Assembly (NCBI GenBank): GCA_038890745.1
Contig: JAWAFD010000001.1
Coordinates: 64,001 to 128,000 of the forward strand
DNA length: 64,000 nt
Reading direction: 5' to 3'
Source of the DNA: Candidatus Anstonellales archaeon
Lineage (GTDB): Archaea; Micrarchaeota; Micrarchaeia; Anstonellales; J096
Of this stretch, positions 58,109 to 64,000 are shown in pieces. A model generated the notes under the pieces. It was not told where the DNA came from. It ran no database searches and was given only the letters and a program-made list of their open reading frames with translations. Position numbers and translations under genes: made by a program. The first letter of the stretch is position 1. Each line of letters begins with the position of its first letter.

Positions 58109-58339
58109 ATGGATAAAAAGGTAGAACTGAAACACAACCCAACTGCGCTTTGGTTTAAGCAGAATGCAAATGGGTTTGCTAAGAAAGAGGTGGTTGAGGA
58201 GGCGATTAATAAAACTAAAAAAGAGGTAGTAGTCATGCCCCGTGGGCTTACAGAGGCCCAACGCGAGCTTTTCTTATTCACAGCCGCGCTCAATGGAAAA
58301 TTGGTTATTGAGGAGGAGTGGCCTCCACACAGGGGTTAA
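58109..58339 (+). CDS. Hypothetical protein
   Basis: 76 aa with GGTGA SD. Confidence 0.5.
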   Translation: MDKKVELKHNPTALWFKQNANGFAKKEVVEEAINKTKKEVVVMPRGLTEAQRELFLFTAALNGKLVIEEEWPPHRG

Positions 58340-58378
58340 CTATTTTTAAACACTTTCCTCCATATATTTTTTGGGAGA

Positions 58379-58990
58379 ATGGAAAGGAAAATGCTTGCAG
58401 TAAAATTTCAGATCCATGCTTGTTTAGATGAGCTAAGAAAACTACCAGAATTAAGTGAGGTTAAGGGAGGATGGGTAAAAAGAAAGCTTCGAGTATTCCA
58501 GCTTTATGGAGCTCTTAAAGAAGCGGCATGTGGACTTTGCCAGCATCGCGAGGAATATGCTCAAGCAAAACTTCTTGATGCAAAAGAGATCGCGCGGGAA
58601 TTAGGAATGAGTAACGTAGAAGAAAGAGTTTCTTCTTCTCTTGCTTCTCTTCTTTCTCCGCTTATTGAAGAGCCAACCTACACATTTGAAGAACTTATTG
58701 AAATACTGAGAAAAACTGGTAATGCGAAGTTTAACCGGATCATTAGTTTACTCCATAAGATACCGGAAAAGCATGAGTTATATTTTGGATTATTCTCGCT
58801 TCCAGCAGATGAACAGAGATACTACCGCGGGGTCTTTTCCAACATACTCTCAGAATGTGACAACATACCCGCATGCAACCAAAAAGAAAAAGACCTCCTA
58901 AATAAAATCAAAAAAAGAATAGAAGAATGCGTAAATGTTTTGAATCAAAACATAAAAAGAAAAGAGCCTATTTTTATAAGTTCTCCCTGA
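58379..58990 (+). CDS. Hypothetical protein
   Basis: 203-aa ORF after a TATA-like TTTTTAAA. Confidence 0.5.
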   Translation: MERKMLAVKFQIHACLDELRKLPELSEVKGGWVKRKLRVFQLYGALKEAACGLCQHREEYAQAKLLDAKEIARELGMSNVEERVSSSLASLLSPLIEEPTYTFEELIEILRKTGNAKFNRIISLLHKIPEKHELYFGLFSLPADEQRYYRGVFSNILSECDNIPACNQKEKDLLNKIKKRIEECVNVLNQNIKRKEPIFISSP

Positions 58991-59486
58991 GTTTAACCAA
59001 ACCCGCAGAAATGAGCACAAACCCAACAATTCCGCTTAAGATTCTAACAAAATCACCACCGCCGCTCTCCTCATAAACTAACTCCTCGCCAGCTCCATCC
59101 ATTGCTTTTAATGCCATCCCACTACTCTCTTGTTTAACACTTGCGCTCGGGAAAACAAAGAGTGCGTACCATATGAAAAGCAGACCTACCGCAAGCATGA
59201 TTATCGCACTTATTGGCTTTCTTTCAGGAGAGATAAGCTTTCTCCCCTTTGCCGTAAGCTCATAATACTTCCACTTCCTTCCCTCCTCAATCCTTTTCAC
59301 AAGCCCCGCCCTTTCCAATTTCTCTACATGCTCAAGAACAGTTGGAGGAGAGAGTTTCAGCTCCTCTGAAAGCTCACTCTGCGTTTTTCTTCTCTTATAA
59401 AGCGACTTAAGTATGTTTATTCTAGTATCAGCATCTATAGCCCTGAGAAGCTCCCTATCCACTATTACCTCATCGCCCATAAACAT
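58974..59486 (-). CDS. ArsR-like winged-helix regulator with C-terminal TM helices
   Basis: TRINILKSL..ELS..SPPTVLEH..LERAGLV..KWKYYELT; two hydrophobic helices. Confidence 0.85.
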   Translation of the reverse strand: MFMGDEVIVDRELLRAIDADTRINILKSLYKRRKTQSELSEELKLSPPTVLEHVEKLERAGLVKRIEEGRKWKYYELTAKGRKLISPERKPISAIIMLAVGLLFIWYALFVFPSASVKQESSGMALKAMDGAGEELVYEESGGGDFVRILSGIVGFVLISAGLVKLRENL

Positions 59487-59575
59487 ATTTTTACTCCTAG
59501 ATATAAAAATAAATCGGTTTGTAAAAAATTAGGCAAAAAACTAACATTTTTAATTCTTCCAACAAATTAGTAAAC

Positions 59576-60628
59576 ATGCTTTACGGTCAGAATCTTTTTT
59601 CTGCGATAGAGAAAGAAAAAAATAGCGGAAAAACAATCGTTGCTCAACTTGCGCCCGCCGTGAGGGTCTCGATAGGAGAGGAGTTTGGTTTTCCTCCTGG
59701 AACGGAGCTTACAGCAAAAACAATTTCTCTTCTAAAATTATTGGGTTTCGATGAGGTCATAGACACCCCAATCGGTGCGGATTTGATAACGCTGGAAGAA
59801 GCAAAATTTTTTGTAGAAACAAAACTCGCGTTCAAGCCACTCCTAAACTCCTGTTGTGTTGGGTGGAGGGAGTATTGCAAAGCGAACCACAAAAATCTTC
59901 TACCGTACATAAGCAACGTGGTTTCTCCTATGATGGCAACCGGCTTCCTCACAAAAACCTATCTGGCAGAGAGAATGGGTGTTAAACCAGAAAACATTAT
60001 TTCGGTTGGTATAATGCCATGCACAATAAAAAAACTTGAAACAAAGTACAAAATGCGTTCAGGGCTGAAATATGTTGATTATGTTGTGACTACGCAGGAG
60101 CTTGGCCAGTGGGCAAGAAACAAAAACCTAAACATAAAAGACATGAAAGATGGCGAATTCTCAAAGTTCCTTCCAACAAGCTCAAAGGATGGGACAATAT
60201 TCGGCGTAACCGGTGGTATAAGCGAGGCATTCATAACTACAATGGCAAAGCTTCTGGGTGAGGAGAGCGAGCTCCTTTTTTTCAGAAAAAACGAAGCAGT
60301 AAGAGAGTATGATTTTGCGATCGGCGGGATAAAACTAAAAACAGCAGTTTTACATGGAATCGCAAACTTCCCTTCCCTTCTTTCAAGGATAACCCAATTC
60401 AACTTTATAGAAATAATGTTCTGCCCGTACGGTTGCGTCGGGGGTCCAGGTCAGCCAGCCCCTCAAACAGAAGAAAAATTAAGGGCGAGGGCAGAAGCAT
60501 TGAGAAAATTTTCAGATACTAAAAAACAAAGGACCCCTCTAGAAAACAGACCGCTCCTGGAAGCAGTGGAATGGCTAAGGGAAAAAAATATTAATCTTTT
60601 TGATGAACTTACATGGTGGGGTGAGTAA
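59576..60628 (+). CDS. Minimal [FeFe]-hydrogenase (H-cluster domain only)
   Basis: APAVRV, L1 NSCCVGW, L2 MPCTIKKLE, GVTGG, L3 EIMFCPYGCVGGPGQP; no ferredoxin-type CxxCxxC motifs. Confidence 0.88.
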   Translation: MLYGQNLFSAIEKEKNSGKTIVAQLAPAVRVSIGEEFGFPPGTELTAKTISLLKLLGFDEVIDTPIGADLITLEEAKFFVETKLAFKPLLNSCCVGWREYCKANHKNLLPYISNVVSPMMATGFLTKTYLAERMGVKPENIISVGIMPCTIKKLETKYKMRSGLKYVDYVVTTQELGQWARNKNLNIKDMKDGEFSKFLPTSSKDGTIFGVTGGISEAFITTMAKLLGEESELLFFRKNEAVREYDFAIGGIKLKTAVLHGIANFPSLLSRITQFNFIEIMFCPYGCVGGPGQPAPQTEEKLRARAEALRKFSDTKKQRTPLENRPLLEAVEWLREKNINLFDELTWWGE

Positions 60629-60934
60629 GTGATAGTTTTGTATGTGCCGTTTCCGAGCAAAAAGGAAGCAGTAAAATCTGCAAAGCACCTTCTGAGAAAG
60701 AAGCTTATTGCATGCGCGAACATTCTTTCGTGCGACAGCATTTACGAGTGGAAGAAGAAGAAAAAAGCCACAAGGGAGTATATCGTTTTGTTTAAAACAA
60801 CAGAGAAAAACGAAAACAAGCTCAGAAAGGAGATAGAAAAAACACACAGTTACGAGGTGCCTGCAATAATAAAATTCAATTGCTATGCAAATGCCTCCTT
60901 TGAGGAATGGTTGAGAAAACAGACAAAAATTTAA
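60629..60934 (+). CDS. cutA: Divalent-cation tolerance protein CutA
   Basis: LIACANI..SIYEW, KT, HSYEVPAI. Confidence 0.92.
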   Translation: MIVLYVPFPSKKEAVKSAKHLLRKKLIACANILSCDSIYEWKKKKKATREYIVLFKTTEKNENKLRKEIEKTHSYEVPAIIKFNCYANASFEEWLRKQTKI

Positions 60935-61329
60935 ACTATATTTTTTTCTCTTATGAAATACGGAACATCACGCGCATTGTAGCATAGGTTCATGAACTCC
61001 AATTCAGAAGCATTCACCCATTTTGCTTCCACATGCTCACCAGAAATTCTAACCTCTTGGGAATCAACCTTCCCTGCAAACACAACATATATTGAATGTT
61101 TTGTATCCCCGTTTTTCTCATAAACCGCCGAGGTTACTGTTAAAAGAACAAGCCCCCTTGCTCTCAGTCCTGTTTCTTCCTCACACTCCCGCACAGCCGA
61201 TATCTCGGGCATCTCCCCAAACTCTATTTTCCCTCCGGGAAACTCCCAGCACCCATCCCTTCTTTTCAGAACAAGAACCTTCCCATTATTTACTGGAACC
61301 AGATAAGAATTAATCTCTTGAATTTTCAT
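60931..61329 (-). CDS. NUDIX hydrolase
   Basis: PGGKIEFGE...AVRECEEETG. Confidence 0.92.
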   Translation of the reverse strand: MKIQEINSYLVPVNNGKVLVLKRRDGCWEFPGGKIEFGEMPEISAVRECEEETGLRARGLVLLTVTSAVYEKNGDTKHSIYVVFAGKVDSQEVRISGEHVEAKWVNASELEFMNLCYNARDVPYFIREKNIV

Positions 61330-62005
61330 TCTTTATCAGCTTCTCCATTTTCTCCTCATCCAGAAGCTCCATTGCAGTACTGCATTTTGGGCATTTGAAA
61401 TTATAGTCTGCCGCTTCCTCAAATTTCATAAGCATTCCTATATCATTGCATCTTGGGCAGAAATAGTGCTCGCCCTCCCTCATTTTCGCAAGCACAAATT
61501 CTCTGTTTGCGTTCATTTTTTCCTCTATCCATTTGTTTAGCCGCTCCATGTTCAGCTTCCAGTTGTAATAATACCATCCCGTTTCCTCGTCCTTTGTTCT
61601 TTCATACTCAACTATCCCTTCGTTATGAAACTTGTTCAGCACAGACCTTACATCACTTACTTTTACATTCAATTTTTCAGCTATTTTTTCATCCTCACCG
61701 TACTGGGTTAGCAATCTTACAATTTCCATTGCGTTTTCTCCACCAACATCTATGAAAAGTTTTCTAATATCCGGCCTTTTCAGCATTTCTATTACTGGTG
61801 TGATTCTTTTCCTCTCTTCAGCTTCCTTAGCAGCCTTTTCCTTTTCTTCTCTACCCGCTTTTTTTGCTGCTATTTTTGTTTTTTTTGTTTTTGCATCTAT
61901 TTTTAATTTTTTGATTTTTCCAGCTACTTTTTTTTGTTTAATTTTTGTTTTTTTTGCTTTTTTTAAGGGCTTACTTTTTCCACTAGTTCTTTTTTTACCC
62001 ATCAA
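61310..62005 (-). CDS. tfe: Transcription factor E (TFE alpha) with Lys-rich N-terminal extension
   Basis: DEKIAEKL..VRSVLNKF, KDEETGWYYYNW, CPRC..FEEAADYNFKCPKC. Confidence 0.9.
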   Translation of the reverse strand: MMGKKRTSGKSKPLKKAKKTKIKQKKVAGKIKKLKIDAKTKKTKIAAKKAGREEKEKAAKEAEERKRITPVIEMLKRPDIRKLFIDVGGENAMEIVRLLTQYGEDEKIAEKLNVKVSDVRSVLNKFHNEGIVEYERTKDEETGWYYYNWKLNMERLNKWIEEKMNANREFVLAKMREGEHYFCPRCNDIGMLMKFEEAADYNFKCPKCSTAMELLDEEKMEKLIKNENSRD

Positions 62006-62069
62006 ACCACCAGCGATTAATTTACGCAGTTTAAATATTTAAACTTTTCCCGTCTTACAGAGATTGCAA

Positions 62070-62786
62070 CTATCTACCAAATTTTCTCATTCTTTTTGCA
62101 TACTCTTTTAGTGCATTCTCAAAATCCCTCCTACTAAAATCCGGCCAGAGCGTATCGCAGAAATAGAACTCACTGTACGCTGTATGCCAAGGCATAAAGC
62201 CAGAAAGCCTTTTCGCGCCGCTTGTCCTTATTACCAGATCAACCGGGGGCAGCTCGCCAGTAGGCAGAAACTTCAAAAAGCTTTTTTCATCAACCTTCCT
62301 TATCCCACCTCTGATAGCTCGGTTCACTCCATCCACAATTTCGGCTTGCCCACCGTATGCAAGAAGGAGATTGAGCTGGTATGGTTTGTTTTTTTCAGTT
62401 CTCCTTTCAACCTCCCTTATCATTCTTTGTATCTCATCAGGGAGAAGTTCTATCCTTCCAAAAAATCTAACTTTTACCTCATTTTTCTCTTTTCTTGTCT
62501 CCCTATCCATTCTTTCCAATCCTTCAAAAAGAAACTTTCTAAAAAGTGAAAATAGCTTTTCAACCTCGTTTCTATCCCGCTGAAAATTTTCTGTGCTGAA
62601 CCCCCACATCGTCAGCATTTTTATTTTATGCTTCCTGCACCACTTTGCGACATCCCCTATTTTCCTGATTCCTTTTTCGTATGCTTCTTCCAGACTTGTA
62701 TTATTTTTTCTTGCCCATGTTCTATTCCCATCAGGTATTATGGCTATATGCCGTGGTATTTTTTTGCTATTTCTTTTACTGACCAT
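62070..62786 (-). CDS. uppS: cis-prenyltransferase (polyprenyl diphosphate synthase)
   Basis: HIAIIPDGNR, FSTENF.R, IRTSG..RLSGF, LWPDF. Confidence 0.95.
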   Translation of the reverse strand: MVSKRNSKKIPRHIAIIPDGNRTWARKNNTSLEEAYEKGIRKIGDVAKWCRKHKIKMLTMWGFSTENFQRDRNEVEKLFSLFRKFLFEGLERMDRETRKEKNEVKVRFFGRIELLPDEIQRMIREVERRTEKNKPYQLNLLLAYGGQAEIVDGVNRAIRGGIRKVDEKSFLKFLPTGELPPVDLVIRTSGAKRLSGFMPWHTAYSEFYFCDTLWPDFSRRDFENALKEYAKRMRKFGR

Positions 62787-63783
62787 GTTTCTTCAGCCAT
62801 CCCAAGAATTTCGCAAGCCTGAATGCATACCCATACTCATTATCGTACCATGAGAATATTTTTACAAGGTTTCCTTTTGCTTGGGTAAGTTGTCCATCAA
62901 CAATCCCGGCATATGGCATCCTTATGATATCGCTTGAAACAATGGGTTCTTCTGTGTAGAAAAGAACGCCCTTTAGTTGTCCTTCGCTTGCTTTTTTCAG
63001 TGCTTCGTTTACTTCTTCTCTCGTAACCTCTTTTTTCAGAACAAAACTACAGTCGGTGATGCTTCCATCCACAACAGGCACCCTCATAGCCACCCCATCC
63101 AATTTTCCATTCAATTCAGGGAAGATCTCACCTATTGCTTTTGCGGCGCCCGTGCTTGTTGGCACAATGTTTACAGCAGCCGCCCTGGCCCGCCGTATAT
63201 CTTTCTTATGGCTTCCATCCATTAGATTCTGGTCCGCAGTATACGCATGAATGGTTGTTATAAACCCCTTCTCTATGCCAAATTTTTCATGAATAACTTT
63301 CACAACCGGTGCCAAGCTGTTTGTTGTGCATGAAGCCATGGAAATTATTTTATGTTCCTTTTTGTATGCGCTATCATTTATTCCCGGCACGATTGTGCAG
63401 TCAACCCCCTTTCCAGGCGCAGATATCACAACCTTTTTCGCACCTGCTTTCAGATGTTTTTCGGCATCCTCTCTTTTTCTGAACTCCCCGCTCGCCTCTA
63501 CTACAACATCAATTTTTAGTTCTTTCCACGGAAGCTTTTCCGGGTCTGTTTCATTTATCCATTTTATCATCTTCCCATTCACGACCAAATTCCCATCCTT
63601 GACCCCAACGCTTCCATTCCACTTTCCGTATACAGTATCGTATTTTAGAAGATGCGCGTGCATCTGCACATCACTTCGGGTGTTTATTGCAACAAGCTCT
63701 ATTTCATTTATAATACCGGAATCGAACAATGCCCTGAGCAATCCTTTACCTATTCTTCCAAATCCAGAAATAGCTACTCTCAT
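62776..63783 (-). CDS. gap: Type I (bacterial-like) glyceraldehyde-3-phosphate dehydrogenase
   Basis: GFGRIG, ASCTTN, HAYT, STGAAKA, WYDNEYG. Confidence 0.95.
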   Translation of the reverse strand: MRVAISGFGRIGKGLLRALFDSGIINEIELVAINTRSDVQMHAHLLKYDTVYGKWNGSVGVKDGNLVVNGKMIKWINETDPEKLPWKELKIDVVVEASGEFRKREDAEKHLKAGAKKVVISAPGKGVDCTIVPGINDSAYKKEHKIISMASCTTNSLAPVVKVIHEKFGIEKGFITTIHAYTADQNLMDGSHKKDIRRARAAAVNIVPTSTGAAKAIGEIFPELNGKLDGVAMRVPVVDGSITDCSFVLKKEVTREEVNEALKKASEGQLKGVLFYTEEPIVSSDIIRMPYAGIVDGQLTQAKGNLVKIFSWYDNEYGYAFRLAKFLGWLKKHGQ

Positions 63784-63897
63784 GTTGTTTATTTTTGGTT
63801 AAGATTTTAAATACTTACTTTTGCGCTCTGAACCGCGGCTGCAAAAAATTTTTAAATAGCGAATGCGCAATATTAGCGTTATACTGAGGTGGTTAGG

Positions 63898-64000
63898 ATG
63901 AGTAATCGAAAAAGAAGATGGTTTGATGATGATTTTTTCTTTCCGTTTGAGCATATAAGAGAAGAGATGGAAAGGATGATTGAGGAGATGATGCGCGAGG
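63898..64000 (+). CDS. Probable Hsp20 small heat-shock protein (N-terminus only, truncated by the window edge)
   Basis: MSNRKRRWFDDDFFFPFEHIREEMERMIEEMMRE; GAGGTG SD. Confidence 0.55.
   Translation, partial: MSNRKRRWFDDDFFFPFEHIREEMERMIEEMMRE

Noticed and set aside
2219..63802. Numerous short antisense or overlapping ORFs in the track (for example 33287-33955, 11411-11959, 31944-32450)
   Set aside because: Shadow frames of well-supported genes, with no recognisable motifs.

Overview
Gene-dense archaeal chromosome segment, most consistent with a DPANN archaeon such as Micrarchaeota. This is an inference from PCNA, TFE, Hef, NreA, TATA-like boxes just upstream of many starts, a BHB-intron tRNA-Ile(UAU), bacterial-type GAPDH, a non-oxidative pentose phosphate cluster and a minimal [FeFe]-hydrogenase. 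Housekeeping content: a surface-glycosylation locus (1-8 kb), rpe-tkt-tkt-tal, purD, purF, pheT, trxB, uppS and gap. Main observations: (1) a 16-bp palindrome TGTAACTAT(A/G)GTTACA occurs four times, always next to DNA repair/replication genes (ComF-like PRTase, PCNA, Hef, NreA), and one copy abuts the start of a small stand-alone Cas2-like gene, suggesting an undescribed archaeal DNA-damage regulon. (2) Two AAA_14-type ATPase genes are each bracketed by their own palindromic direct repeats in the same layout (repeat-TATA-gene-stop-repeat). (3) A VirB2/VirB6/VirB4-like operon with no relaxase or integrase in view lies next to ComF-like and dprA genes. (4) The tRNA-Ile(UAU) has two introns. (5) Two divergent RNA m5C methyltransferase paralogs share a 255-bp near-identical inverted tract. 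All protein calls are from motif recognition by eye; no database searches were run.
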